Source: Massalongia carnosa
Lineage: Eukaryota
DNA length: 64,000 bases
Assembly (NCBI GenBank): GCA_965645245.1
Contig: OZ287086.1
Location: 1,178,001 to 1,242,000 of the forward strand
Direction: 5' to 3'
Shown: piece by piece, positions 1 through 13,673 of the stretch
How positions within the stretch are numbered: position 1 is the first letter of the stretch
Layout: each line of letters begins with the position of its first letter
Position numbers and translations under genes: made by a program
The notes under the pieces: generated by a model
What the model was told of the DNA's origin: nothing
What the model saw: only the letters and a program-made list of their open reading frames with translations
Database searches by the model: none

Positions 1-2142
1 CGTCGTTTCGTCAGAGGATTCTCTGAAATAGCCTCCCCACTGATCAAGTTGACGCGAAAGAACACTGTCTTTGCCTGGAATCAGGAGTGCGAGAAAGCCT
101 TTCAGGCCCTAAAGGATGCTTTTGCCAGCGATCAGGTCTTGATGCATTTTGACCCAGAGAAGAAAATTATAGTTGAAGTCGATGCCTCCGACTGGGTAGT
201 TGGGGAGTTCTGTCACAGTACGATGATGAGGGAGTATTGAGGCCGGTAGCCTTTTTCTCCAAGAAACATTCCCCTGCAGAAATCAATTATGAAATCTATG
301 ACAGAGGACTCATGGCTATCGTTCGTGCTTTTGAGGAATGGCGATCAGAGCTCGAAGGGGCTGCCTTTCCCATTCATGTCATTTCGGATCACAAGAAGCT
401 AGAGTACTTCATGACAACCCAGCAGCTAAGTCGCCGTCAAGCTCGTTGGTCAGAGTATCTTTCTCGTTTCGACTTCAAGATCGTGTACCGCTCAGGAAAG
501 AGTGGAGGAAAGCCAGACGCACTGACTAGAAGGTCTCAAGACCTACCTGAAGGGGAGGATGACTCTCGACTGAAAGTTCAACATCAAGTGGTCTTGAAAC
601 CTCGGAGTCTGAACTTCTGAGCAATAGTGTAGACAACGCTAGTCAAGTTGACAGCCGACAAACGGAGCGGGAGGAGGCCGAACGGACTCTGGAAGAACTC
701 TGGACGGAAGGCCTTCAGGTCGATCCCTTTCCAACGAAGATTCTGGGACTATTGCGAGACAAAGTAAGCCACTCGAAGGAATCTCCCTGGCGGAGTGCGA
801 AGAAATCAATGGTTAACTGCATTATCGAGGGAAGATGTACGTCCCGGACTCACATGCACCGAAAATGAAGCTCTGTAGAATAATGCACGATAGTCCAGTG
901 GCGGGACACCTAGGGAGAGCGAAAACTTTTGATCTTATGCAACGTCAGTACTATTGGCCTCGATTTTAGCAGTTCATAGCCAAGTATGTGAAGCACTGCC
1001 ATGTTTGCACTTGAAGTAAGACCTCTCGTCAAGGAAAGATAGGAGTTCTCAGACCCCTACCAGTACCAGAACAACGCTGGCAGGATATTTCAGTGGACTT
1101 CGTCACCGTTCTGCCCGAGAGCAAGGGATACGATGCGATCATGGTAGTGGTTGACCGTCTTTCCAAGAGACGTCACTTTTCGCCATGCCTCACCACTCTC
1201 GATGTCGAGGGCCTCGCCGCACTGTTCTTGAGGGATATATGGAAATTACACGGACTGCCTCGGACAATCATCTCGGATCGAGGAGTGCTTTTCGTCGCGG
1301 ACTTCTGGAAATCATTGTGCAAACGTTTGGGAACTCAAGGTCTTCTGTCTACAGCCTTTCACCCGGAAACCGACGGGCAGACGGAGCGAGTCAATTCCTC
1401 CATGGAACAATATCTGCGGATGCACTCCGATGACTTACAGGATGATTGGGTTGACTGGTTGCCGCTGGTAGAGTTCACGGGCAATAACACGACCTCGGAA
1501 ACCACTGGCTTCAGCCCCTTCTTTGCCGAAATGGGATTTCACCCTCGTATGGGTTTCGAATCTGTAGAACAAGTATAGTCAACCGCCAGTCTCAACGCTG
1601 AGAGCTTCGTCACCAGAATGCAGGAAATAAGCAGAAAGCTTCAAGAAGAAATGCAATTTTCGCAGGCAAAATATGAGTCGAATGCCGATGAACATCGAAT
1701 CCCCGCTCCGGTTTATAAAGTAGGAGACACCGTATGGCTAAATGCTAAAAACATACGTACTCAGAGACCTACTCGCAAACTGGACTGGAAGAAGCCCGGT
1801 CCCGTCAGAGTGTCCCAAGTCGTCAGCAAATACGCGTATCGCCTCGACCTTCCTTCCGGTATGAAAATCCATCCAGTGTTCCATGTCTCACCCCTGACCC
1901 CTGTTCCTCTTGACCCGCACCCTGGCCATATTCCTTCAGCTCCCCCAGCAGTCCTCGTCGAGGGCGAGAAAGAATATGAAGTGGAGGAAATTCTCGATTC
2001 CAAGCTTATACGAAAACGCCTCAAGTATTCTGTGCAGTGGATAGGATGGAACGATCATACCTGGGAGTACACCGAGCACGTTAGCAACGCAACCGCTAGA
2101 GTGAAGGAGTTCCACAGACGTTATCCAGGTAAGCCCCAGTGA
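1..2142 (+). pseudogene. pol: Gypsy/chromovirus pol, 3' part (RT connection, RNase H, integrase, chromodomain), disrupted
   Basis: ORF fragments with [44 protein letters not shown] and EYEVEEILDS (chromodomain); several stops and frameshifts. Confidence 0.93.
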
Positions 2143-2200
2143 TTCACACCATCTGTCATCATTAGCCTGCGGAGAATCAGGCCTTAAACGAGGAAGCTAC

Positions 2201-2491
2201 TGTCATTGTGTGAACTGAACACCTGAAGGTTCATTGAACTTCGGTCGCACGGATCAGCTCGGTAGCATCTTCCGCGCTTCGGCGGTCTAACCACATCGGT
2301 TACTTAAGTCTTTTAGAGGAGGATTAAGTAACCAATGCAGTTAGACTGCGAGCTTACCGCATTGAGCTTAGGTTGTCATCCAAGAGGCATATAGGAAATC
2401 TCTGCAAGCAAGCAATGTTTTTCTCTTCGTGTTGTTCGTCTTGTTTGACTATCATGTAGTATAGTCCACAGTAAAGCATAGTTCCACCACA
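2201..2491 (+). repeat. 3' LTR of the Gypsy element (right end approximate)
   Basis: Purine-rich tract ending GAGGAAGCTAC, then TGTCA at 2201, the same PPT/LTR junction as at 36134; CA end at 2470 or 2491. Confidence 0.6.
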
Positions 2492-2803
2492 TGGATAGGA
2501 CTATTGTTGATGTTAGCCTGTATTAGTCTAACTAGATTGTGGTTAGGCAGTTGGTGGCTGCGATTACCCAATTAGGCTAGCTTTCATTTTAGGAGTTTAG
2601 GTAAAATCTCTGCAGATAGTAAACGAATGAACTATCCCGTCCAAATAACGTATTTTATCACCGGATGAACTTTATCACCGGATAAACACCCCTCCACAAA
2701 TGGTAATTACGACCTAAACTAGTCTCGATGAACAATGAATATAAAGCTATAAAAATCATATGAAAGGGTAAATAGCATTGTACGAACACGATACAGCTAT
2801 TTT

Positions 2804-4722
2804 CTACTCCTTAAACTTAGAAGGAACCACTACAGTGCGCCCGCTACGAGCTACTCTCGTGTCGGGCAGTTTCGGCTCTATAGGAGGTGGATCCTCCAGT
2901 TTTCGCTTTCTAGCTATAGCAGCTTGCTTCTTTTGATCCTTTTCTGACTGCTCTTCAAGCCTAAGCTGCTTGTTAAGCTCCTTCTGCTTCGTACGAGCTT
3001 CTTTTTCACGCTGCTTCTGCTCCAGCTTTTCAGCCAGAGTCTTCTGCCTAGTTTCGCGCCGTTCCTGAGCTTCCTGAGCTTTGCGCTCCCTCTCAGCAGC
3101 CCGATTTTGACGCTCTACTTCCTTTTCAAGCTTGTCCTGTTCTTTCTGAGCCTCGAGCTCCTCTTGACGGGTCCGAACCGCAGCAATTTTAGCTGGAGAA
3201 AAGAACATAGCCTGCCCGGGCTCATCTTTGACAAATAGACCCATCGGTTTCCCCTTTCTCCGGCGTTTTTTTTTCGTCTACTAGTGCTGTACGAAGCCCA
3301 ATAATCTCGTGTTCCAGTATATCATTTTTAATTGCTAGTTTCTCGCTTGCTCGAATCATCAAATCCAGTCCTGCAGCTATGTCGGTCGTTTCGGATCGAA
3401 TTGCTTTGACTGCTCTTCGTACACCTCGTACGGAGCAAGGAGTCTTTTTCTTAGATTCGCTATCGCTTTGAATTGGTGATGGAGTCTTCCTTTTGAGCTG
3501 GTTTATAACTTTTTCGGGGCATAGTGGGTAAACCGCAGTGGCAGCGAAAGCTGAGCGTATATTTTCGAAGCTTAGGGCTGTTTTCCATGCCGTACGGAAT
3601 ATAGACCAAAAGCTACGCTTAGTAACTCGAGAGAAGCCCTGGTTCGACTGGATCAAATTGCCAATTTGGTTCGAATAGGCGGTAGAGAGCGGTGAGAAGA
3701 TTCCAACATCCAGGGGCTGTAACCGATGTGTAAAATGCGGGGGCAAAATAGCTAAAATAATACTATGATTATCGCATAACTCGATAAACTTCATGCTTAC
3801 ATGGCTCGAATGACCATCCATAATCAATAGACGCCTAGCGTTACCTGCCTATTTGCGCGTAATCGGTTCGAAAAGCTTTGAAAGCCAGGAAAGCCCCAGT
3901 TCTTCATTGGTCCAGCCCTTTTTGGATACAGCAAAGTAAGCTTCATTTGATGAGCAGTCATAATCTTCGAGCCAGGTATCTTGTAGATCGTACGAATCCC
4001 CCTGATAGATCAAAGCTGGTGTTAGAGCGCTACCGTCGGCGCAAATCGTAGCCAAAAGGGAGATGAACTCGAGAGATCCGTCCTGACTCGAACCAAGTAT
4101 CTTTTTGCTTCGAAGGTGATCAATCGGTACGATACGCTTCATAGTACGACATATACCCATTAGGAAGCCTTTTTCATCAAAGTTGTATATGTTCGAGGGC
4201 TTCATGTGGTATTTTTCGATCTTCTCCTGGAGCTAGGGGGTCTAGGGTCAGTTCAGTGGCATAAGTATAGGTTATAGGGAAATGAGGGAAAGTGGGCTAG
4301 TACGACTGCAAAGTAATGTTCTAAATGCTCAGATTTATCCGCAATATGCCTAGATTGGTCGATAGTGCGTAGATATACGCTTGTAAGCTCATTTTCGTAG
4401 CACTCTAGAAATCGATAGACCCAGCACTTCCCGACGTGCTTTCTCACGAACTCCATAACCAGATTTTCGAGTATTTGAGGAGTGCGATGTATACCCCGGT
4501 CCGAAAGCTTTCGAATATGCTCAATGAGGACCGATTCTTGAGCATTGGTCAGGAGCTTATGATGTCTAGAGTAAGCTTCGGCGCTCGAGACGGTCTCGCC
4601 TTTGAAGCGACGCGTTAAGGTCAAACGAGGTACGCTATGCTTTTAGCAATAGCAGCAAAATTAGGAGCTTTCTGGGATTTTAAATCAATAATCGCTTCCA
4701 GAATAGTTGCTTCGTCGACCAT
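2804..4722 (-). pseudogene. pogo/Fot1 DDE transposase (HTH/CENP-B-like + DDE_1), frameshifted
   Basis: IYNFDEKGF, GWTNEELGLSWL, IMDGHSSH, HRLQPLDVGIF, spread over several ORFs. Confidence 0.9.
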
Positions 4723-4973
4723 TTTAGACCAATTGGAATATTGTGGGTTAATTGTGATAGGTATGTTCATCCGGTGATAAGATATTAGCGTATGTAAAGT
4801 GTTTTGCAATTTCGCTTATGAAAACACATACCACCAACATGACCCTACTATTCAAACTCCAAAATCTTAATTTTCCTAGATATTCCCTACACCAAAATCC
4901 TAACATATTTTTATAATTTGGTAGACATATATATATATTAACCGTCAATATAGTCGAATCCCTTCCTCTATCC

Positions 4974-6472
4974 ATGCGATCGCGAATCATTCGATATTTA
5001 TTCCTTCATTGGCGACCGGATGCCATAGCCAAAGAGCTTCATTGCGGTCTCCGAACTATCTATAATTTCCAAGGGAATTTATTCATGTATGGTAGCATAT
5101 CCGCTCCTCGATGACGTCATCTAGGTCGCGCATGCAAAATTACTAAAGCCGCCGGCGACTCCTTGATCGAATATCTAAATCGTCAGCCATGGTCCCAACA
5201 AAAGGAGATGGTCTGGTTTTTTTGGGAGGAGTGGGGTATATTCGTGCATCAATCAACCGTTTCTAGGGAAATAAAGAAACGGCGATGGAGTCAAAAGAAA
5301 AGTCAAAGACATGGGCGTAGGAACGACGAATTGAGGGAAAATTGGCATGCTAGCATGCTTAATATGACTGCAAAGCAGTTGGTTCTCGTTGATGAAACAG
5401 TATTCAATGAGATGACCGGTTGGAGGATGAGGCCAATTGGCCAACCGGCTCGATACAAGGGGGACATTAGGAGGGGTCATCATTGGACCGTTCTTCCTGC
5501 ATATAATGTTGATAGCTATCTGCCATGTACGAGCATTCGGGAGGGGTGGTTTAATGCAGATAGTTTCTTTCAATAGATAACCGACGAATTACTTCCATAT
5601 TGCACCCCTTATCCAGGCCCCCGAAGCGTTATAGTCATGGATAATGCCGCTATCCATTGCAACCCACGTATTGAGGAGTCCATTCGTGGACACGGTTGCG
5701 AAGTACGATATCTGCCCCCCTATTCACCGGATTTCAATCCAATCGAGTTGAGTTTTAGTGTATTTGTAATAGAGTAGGCCTAGTATGCGTTCGTTGAACG
5801 TAAGTCTGGCCTATGTGGCTATGTGGGATACGTACAGCCAAAACAACCACCAAGACAATAAGGTCCCGCCTAACCCAGTTAGGCACAGTGTGGGGACTTA
5901 ACTTATTATGGAGGTGTTTTCGTAGTACACGAAGTATCCCCTCGCCTCGCCTCACCTCCCCTAGCTCACCTGCCTAGTCTTATCTACCCGTGTCTTTCGG
6001 TCTCCGAAGTATTTCAGAGTCCGAAAATACCAGGTAGTATAGGCAAGGTATGGAAGAAGAGCTTAGGTTATAGATTGTCCAATCCTATATAGATCAATGA
6101 TCAAGCACTTCAAAAGGGTAGCATTTAGTCTACCCTTTGACCCAACCCTACCTATTTGTACCTCTATTGTGACCATCACGTTGTGTAGCCCCTGTGAATC
6201 CCGTCTTCCAGTAGTGAATGCCTGCTGGGAGAAGGTATCCCCGTTTCAGTATTAAAGGCTTGGTTTAGAACCCATTATACCTCAATTCGCTCTGAATTTG
6301 AGGGCACCTTCGGCGGTTTAATTCGATACGCCATCGACAGGAGCCATTGTGACCGTTTCGCTAAAGAGCACTTTCGTCATAGTGGTGGGGGTGGGGGGCA
6401 TATATTCGAGGCCGACATCATTGAATTGGAAAGGGAGCTATATGGAGTGAGGCGCAAATAGATTTTGATTGA
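4974..6472 (+). pseudogene. IS630/Tc1-like (DDE_3) transposase, interrupted by a solo LTR
   Basis: LVLVDET, IVMDNAAIH, YLPPYSPDFNPIELSFSV|LKAWF; frame restored when the LTR 5765-6248 and one TSD copy are removed. Confidence 0.88.
5765..6248 (+). repeat. Solo LTR, family A, copy 1
   Basis: TGTAA...TTTCA, 5-bp TSD GTATT; near-identical to 7304, 12438 and 36732. Confidence 0.92.
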
Positions 6473-6914
6473 ATTATTCAATCTGGACCAGATCTGGACC
6501 AGATTTTGGGCTAGATTTTACATCTGACCTACATCTAGGCTAGAACCCCTGAATCCGGAAATCTTTGATTAAATTAATCACTCCTGAATCTCCTCCATTA
6601 CACGATCGAACTGAGCATATTGAGAAGATCTATTGATCATTTATAATGTTTATAAATATTGATTACATGATTACAGAATCGAGAAAAAATACTTCATTTG
6701 CATGTAAACTAATTAGTAAAACCTCACCCAAAACAGGTGTTTTTGCATAGTGTGATGCCATTCGGCTGTTAGAATTACGAGTGTAGATTTATGCAAATGT
6801 TCCATCATATTATAAGCATGAAAAAAGATATCGATTATCCCCGAATATCCATAAACGCATAATCCTTCCAACCCTTCCAACCCTACCTATATAGCCAATT
6901 ATTCCCTCCTCTTC

Positions 6915-9281
6915 CTATGGTACATCTACCTCATCAACTCCATGTCGCCATTGCGGTTTGAATGTACGGAGATCAGTTCTGAATGCTCGTGCCCCTCCAT
7001 CAGGTATGCCCAGTTGAATAGCCCGTTTATATATATGTGAGCTCGTTTCTGACATATCTCTCAAATCCTCCAAAGACCATATCTCGTTTTAAACAATCTC
7101 CTTAACCCCATTCCATCTATCCTTGGCTCTTTGACTCTGCAATGCCTCCCCTTTCCAATTGAGGAAATCCTCCATAGCAAACTCCTCAGCCTCGGGGTTG
7201 CATATGGGGCTTGACCTAGTCAACGGTTTCGAGCGAGGCCTTGGTGCCGCCAGGGGTGGGGGGATGATGGGTTCGGGGACCGAAGAAGATGATAGTTGAG
7301 AATTATAATAGGGTAGGCCTAGTATGCGTTCGTTGAACGTAATACTGGCCTATGTGGCTATATGGGATACGTACAGCTAATACAACCACCAAGACAATAA
7401 GGTCCCGCCTAACCCATTTAGGCCTCGTATAGGGACTTAACTTATTATGGAGGTGTTTTCGTAGTACACGAAGTATCCCATCGCCTCGCCTCACCTCCCC
7501 TAGCTCGCCTGCCTAGTCTCATCTACCCGAGTATTTCGGTGATCGAAGTATTTCGGTGACCGAAAATACCAGGTAGTATGGGCAAGGTACGGAAGAAGAG
7601 CTTAGGTTGTGGATTGTCCTATTCTATATAGATCAATGATCAAGCACTTCAAAAGGGTAGCATTTAGTCTACCCTTTGACCCAACCCTACCTATTTTGTA
7701 CCTCTATTGTGACCATCACGTTGTGTAGCCCCTGTGGATCCTATCTTCCAGTAGTGCATGCCTGCTGGGAGAAGGTCTCCCCGTTTCAAGAATAAACAGG
7801 AGGGGGAGGGGGGCGACGAACATTACTCATTCTTTCACCCATTCTTTCCATTTGGTCCATCATCGATTCCTGCATACGCATTTCCATCGATTGCTTTGTG
7901 AATTTCACCCATGAAGCTTTTCGTCTCATCGCGATCTTTTCTGGAATCCTCCCGTCCTTCCTGTATTCTCGTCTTCCTAGAGTTGAGACCCACCGGCCCC
8001 TGTCGTAGTATGAACCTATACAATGTTGGTGGTGGATTATCTAGGGAAGCACTGATGTCGCCGCGAGCGAGAGCCTTAGCCCAATCTCTTTACAATATAT
8101 GAGAAAGATTATAATGAAGCCCATCTTCATCAACGAAACAGAAGTTATTTTGATTCGTACATCGAGCATCGTGACCAACCCATCGATTCACCAATTGTCT
8201 ATCAAAATCACCTGCATTAATAAGGATCTCACCTTGATCTCGTTGACGTTCTAATAATTGATGAGTTCTAGTCCTTCGGCCGGTAGGTGTAGTAATAATA
8301 GTAGATGATTCAGTTGCATCTAGTAATATGTCAGGGGGATTTGATTGCTTCGGTTCTTCCATCGAAATTTCGATCTTAATAGTGATATCTAGCTTCCATT
8401 TACGAAATTCATCATCAATGACAATTAGAATCTTTTCCCATTCAGTCTCAGTATAATTATCAATGGTTTGATTGACATTCCTGGCCCGACTATGAATGGC
8501 CTTAATAATGACGACGATGGAGGTCGTCGTTCATCCTTTAGTATGCCCGTTCCTTTTCTCAATCTCAGTCTCCAATGTCTGTTCGAAATCCCATATACTG
8601 AAAACGCATCGTTTTTTAGAACCTAGCGATGAGGTCCATATAACTCTACCATTGACACGAAGTCTAGCATGAACGGTCAACATAGGATCTGATACTAGAT
8701 CTTCGGCCTCATCTTCCTCAATGTCCGACGTAGTCAATTTGTCTAATTCTTTATTAACCTCTATTTCTTCCAGTCGTCGTCGTCGGGCTTCCGGTTCCCC
8801 GAATTGATTGACCTCCGCTTCCCATTCTTCATCCTCCCTATCTCGTCTCGCTCTTGCTCGCACGGCGGCCTCCTTGCTTCTCTCCAACTGTGCACGCCAT
8901 AACACACGCTCCGCCTTCCCCTCGCGAGTATTGCCGGGAATCTTGGGCGTTTTCATTGTGAATACCGGTGTATAGTCGTCACGCGCACTCGGGCGGCGTG
9001 GAACCGGGGGTGGGTCGAGGTCGAGCATCTAAGGGAGGAAACAATGGAGGGGCTGGAAGACGGGCGCCGACAGGAGGAGAAGAAGGAGAGTTAGGAGGAT
9101 TAGGAGGAGGGCTATCATGGGGACGGCGTGCACCCTGGAGCGGGGTTTGAGGGTTAGGACCAAGAGGGGTGGGCGAGCTTCGTAGGCGAGCAGGAACTTG
9201 GCGGCGACGACCCCCCCGAGTCGGCGCCGGCGGCAAAACTTGGTTAACTGGTCCCTTTTTACTCCGTATATTTGAAGGCAT
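6915..9281 (-). pseudogene. Accessory gene of unknown function inside the TIR element (Pro-rich N-terminus, C-x-N-x3-C-F-V-D..HY motif, helical C-terminus)
   Basis: ORFs 9281-8979, 9028-8531, 8362-8090 and 8023-7835 are collinear and continue past the LTR at 7304-7788; resembles the ORF at 28261/43612-44400. Confidence 0.65.
7304..7788 (+). repeat. Solo LTR, family A, copy 2
   Basis: TATAA (TG mutated to TA)...TTTCA, TSD AGAAT. Confidence 0.92.
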
Positions 9282-9579
9282 AATAATTTCTATAGATGTC
9301 TACCAAATTATAAAAATATGTTAGGATTTTGGTGTAGGGAATATCTAGGAAAATTAAGACTTTGTTGTTTGAATGGTGGGGTCATGTTGGTGGTATGTGT
9401 TTTCATAAGCGAAATTGCAAATCATTTTGCATACACTAATACGTTATTCGTATCATGCACCAAGATAATCAATCCTCCCTCAAATAACCATGACCTAACT
9501 ACCGGGATAATTTTCGCCACTTGATTTTTCTTTCAAAACTCAATCCGAATATCAAAAATCGTAGACTTCGCCAAAAACG

Positions 9580-10326
9580 TGTCACGGTTCAACCATATCT
9601 ACCCAAGGCCAATCAAAGAAAAGTATGGCATGTGCCGTTGCACTAACCGCTTCCGTTACTCAACCCTTTTAGCTGTAATAGAGTGATTGGACGCCTGCCA
9701 GTTATTTCATTGAATCAACCTCAAACAAAGCTGCTTGGACGAAGCACTAGCGGGCTAGCCGATCCGAAAGGAACTAAGCTTAATCCGGTTCAGTGAGGGC
9801 CAAGGTAAGTGTTCCGAATGTTAATAGTATAATGGCGATAGTTTAATGCCAAGGACTTGGGGGAAATTGGATCAACGGCTGGATTGGGACTAGTTCTATT
9901 CGCCAGAGTCTTATACTCGCCTACGTTGGATTTTTTGTTTCTTTCCTCCTTGTCGAACGTCTTGTCTACCTAGCTAGACAATTAAGTATTACGTTTGTAC
10001 CATCCGAATTTTTACCTGACCTCGTACCGTGACATTAGCAATCATAGGGGCAATCAACGGATGTCTGAAAGGACTAAAAGGGACGCATCGGAATGACCTT
10101 CAAAAGCAGACACAAATAGATGAAAGGGATAAAGGACAGAAAGACTGTTTGAATAAACTGTTCACTAATTGATGAAGACACAAGCAGCTGGATCGGGCCT
10201 AGCGATTATCTATATAGACTCCTAGAGAGGGCACCATTTGCTTGTTTCCTTTCTGCATCTTTGATATTTTCTAGTGCATAGCTTCCCAGTAGATAGTAAA
10301 TTCCACACCCTAGTTGAACCGTCCTA
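9580..10326 (+). repeat. Solo LTR, family B (same family as the LTRs of Gypsy 19688-25442)
   Basis: Matches the reverse complement of 25071-25442; TSD AAACG; contains a nested LTR. Confidence 0.9.
9674..10034. repeat. Solo LTR, family C, nested in LTR B
   Basis: TGTAA...TGACA, TSD TTAGC; LTR B sequence resumes afterwards. Confidence 0.88.
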
Positions 10327-12437
10327 AAACGGATTGAGTTTTCAGTAGAGGAACCCGACCCGTTGCGTGACGTATCTGCGGAATAAGTATTGTGTCTTTA
10401 GATTGAGGACAAGATGACGCAATAATAGAAATTAGTGTATTATCTCACTTCTTGATATTTAATCGATAATATCATTAAAATATAAATTTATAATTATTAT
10501 CATCTTATAAAAAACTTGAGGTATTAATATTAAAATAATTATTATCAAGTCTCAGCTCGAGTTACTTGAAAAACCTAAATGAAATGATATGAAATGTTCT
10601 CTTAACGCGTTCTTATTTAGTTCAATATTATCTATACTTTAAGTCATTCTTATTACTGCACCTTCTGTGTTTAAAGAAGTACTCGGCATGGTAACCTTGA
10701 CCTTCAAATTATGAAATATAGATTTAATTTATAGGTATAATAGTATAAGTGTTATTGAAGGTGTGGATTATATATAAGCTATCTACTTTATTATATAACA
10801 GTCACACTGGATACCTTTCGGCGACCCTTTTCATAAGGAGTCAGCCGGTCAACTGTATCTCAGTCCCCGGAGGTCACTTCGGCCCCCGAAGTAGAGTTAC
10901 CGAAGATAAACACTAGATTAATGCCTATAATAGTAGTTTAGCTGTCTAACACTTACAATATAACAATTAGATAGATATTAGATCTTAGTCCTTACAATCT
11001 AATACAAATAAAAGTTCTTTCTATCTTTATGTGACGTCGTATCATAAGTGACAGCCGTACATTCTGTATCAAACATAGCGTTGTCACGTGGAGAATCATG
11101 ATAATATTTGGCACACGCCTCGATGCAATCAATAAACCTTTAGGTGAAAAACGAGATGTAATTCCCTCCTGGATAATCGATTCCGTAGCTAATGTCAAAT
11201 ATTTGGCTGTAATAGGATATATAGGGGTTCTGAACTGTATGACAGTCGCCGACTTGGCTGGGCGATGACTCAGGAATAGCAATAGGCGTGGGGGAGGTAG
11301 CTAGGGGTAGGGATTCAGGGGGCGGTAGGGCGACAAATAACGATGAAGCGACGGATGACGATAAAGAGTAAGACGTAGGTGAGGAGGTAGATAGTGATGA
11401 GAACGAGTAGATTCGGGACAGGACCCCTCGTAAAGTTCTACTGCTTATTAGGATTAGCTTTAGCCTCACCCTCATACTAAATTAGCAGTCTATCTACTAA
11501 TGCAACATCCCCTCGCAAGCTTTATATACCCAGTCACTTGAAAATTACTTATTATTATAGCCAATTTAAACATCACACGTAGCTAGCCTTTGATTATTTG
11601 ATGAGGGGTAATCATCCCATATACCCAACGTTTATTATCTTTTCGATTATCCCTCTCGCTGGCACGAACGCATCACCCTCCCCTATTAGTGTTTAACTGC
11701 ATCACACTAGTAAATAAGATAGCTCTATAAGCCGACTAATCCCCTCCGGGTCAGCCTACTTCGGTAAGCCCCTTCGGGTTAGCGGCCCTTTAGCTCACTA
11801 CACATGCTACGGGCGGCACGTCTGAGCGCAAAACTATGTATTTTTGTCAGATCCGGCTTGGCTTATTTTGGTGCGCGCTCATACAAATTTCTTGCTTAAC
11901 CTCAAAAATAATCGAGAATCAAGTTGACGGCGGATTCAACAACGCGTAACGACATTTCATAAATTATGTAGTAATAGAAATGATGCTTTGATATATATTT
12001 TTTCGATTAATTTATATTTTAATTATATATCGATGTAGAATTGAGTCGCAATATCGATCCCGCGACGAGGACTAGACTTTGACTCGAAATCTCGACACTA
12101 CCACAGCTGACTCAACGGGTCACTAGCTCCAGTTTTTTATTGTCGGCGATTCTGATCATTAATCTGATCCTCCGAGCGTTGTTTTCGAAAGCCTAAAATC
12201 GTTAAATGTGATGAAAATGCTTGATGTGCGTTTTACGGGCTAAGAATCCAACTTACGAATCGTCAAATATCGCTCGCAAACACATCTAATTAGACGATCT
12301 TATAGCGTCGATAACTCGCGAGCAGGTGACGACCGTGATTTTAAGTAGATTCGGCTTTTCTCCAAAGAATGAGTAAGTTGACGATATCATAACTTTGCAC
12401 AGGATCAAAGTATTCGATATTTAATGCCAAGACTGAA

Positions 12438-12916
12438 TGAAACGGGAGACATTCTCTTAGTAGGCATTCACTACTGGAAGACGGGATCCATAGGGGTAAC
12501 ACAACGTGATGATCACAATAGAGGTACATAATAGGTTGGGTCGGGTCAAAGGAAGACTAAATACTACCTTTTTGAAGTGCTTGATTATTGATCTATATAG
12601 GATAGAACAATCTACAACCTAAGCTCTTCTTCCATACCTTGCCCGTACTACCTGGTATTTTCGGACTCCGAAATACATCGGTCACCGAAACACTCGGGTA
12701 GATGAGACCAGGCGAGCTAGGGGAGGTGAGGCGAGGCGAGGGGACACTTCGTGTACTACGGAAATACCTCTATAATAAGTCAAGTCCCCACACTATGCCT
12801 AACTGGGTTAGGTGGGACCGTATTGTCTTTGTGGTTGATTTGGCTGTACGTATTCCACATAGCTATATATGCCAGTATTACGTTCAAAGAACGTATACTA
12901 GGCCTACCCTATTACA
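12438..12916 (-). repeat. Solo LTR, family A, copy 3 (inverted), inserted in helicase motif I
   Basis: Reverse complement of family A; TSD CTGAA/CTAAA. Confidence 0.9.
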
Positions 12917-13673
12917 CTAAATTTGGAAAGAGTATTATCTTTCAAGCTATGCCGTTAATATTCTCTTTTCTTAAGATCGCTTCAATTTTCAAGCCTCTTA
13001 AGAACTTAGAATCTTAACAATGCAAGAGATTGAGCGTTACCGAGAGATACAAGCCTTTTGCGTTGGACGGTATAGTAATAATGCTTCTAATTTAAGTTAT
13101 TTCGTGAAAACGATTATACGCATTGTGTGTATTCAAATAATGATTGAGATAAATATAAAAACTTACTCTTTAATATGAATAGTTTTTACTAACCCAAAGA
13201 TAGCGACGTCAAAGCTGTTTAATCAGGAGGTTATGAGGTATCCAAGTTTCATCTTGAATTTATGTCTTTTCACTCTTGATAAGATGCATCTTATACCCGA
13301 ATGGCGAGGTATCCGGCCCGAATACTTCAATCTCGGTCTGCTTCGTACACGATTACCAGACGGTATTCCTTTTCTGGGTGCGTCTGCAACGCTGGATCCA
13401 AAAACCCTAGAGAGCGTTAAAGATCGCTGTGACTTTGATAACGAAAGTACTGTTATTCAAATAGCGCTTGATTGTCCAGAGATATACATACAGCTAAGCA
13501 ATTTACAGAGGCCTATAAACAGCATGATCGATCATCAACATCTTTTACCAACACGGGCTGAGAGTCCTTTTGATATTCCGAAAACGATTATCTTCACGAA
13601 TTAAATTTCATCTATCAAAAAGGCGTGTGCGCTAATGAAAGTATGGATGAATCAATTGTCCCATCCAATTGAT

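Larger units (their letters stand above)
4785..9439 (+). mobile_element. Tc1/IS630-type TIR transposon with ~150-bp TIRs carrying two convergent genes
   Basis: 4785-4930 is the inverted copy of 9295-9439; TA TSD at 4783-84 and 9440-41; DDE transposase on +, second gene on -. Confidence 0.88.
2648..9444 (-). mobile_element. pogo/Fot1-type DNA transposon whose right TIR is split by a 4.65-kb insertion
   Basis: TA+ACGTATTTTATCACCGGATGAAC at 2646; inverse GTTCATCCGGTGATAAGA-TA (4765-4784) continues as TA-CGT-TA at 9440-9446. Confidence 0.88.
9500..10372. mobile_element. Terminal remnant of a TIR element related to the MITE at 44906, split by solo LTRs
   Basis: 9500-9579 joined to 10332-10372 is the reverse complement of 44906-45030; ends GTTGCGTGACG+TA. 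Confidence 0.7.

Noticed and set aside
5755..5955. Repeated 63-86 aa ORF (MRRGEGILRVLRK..), also at 7303, 12702 and 36662
   Set aside because: Lies within LTR family A; length and start codon vary; no sign of a real gene
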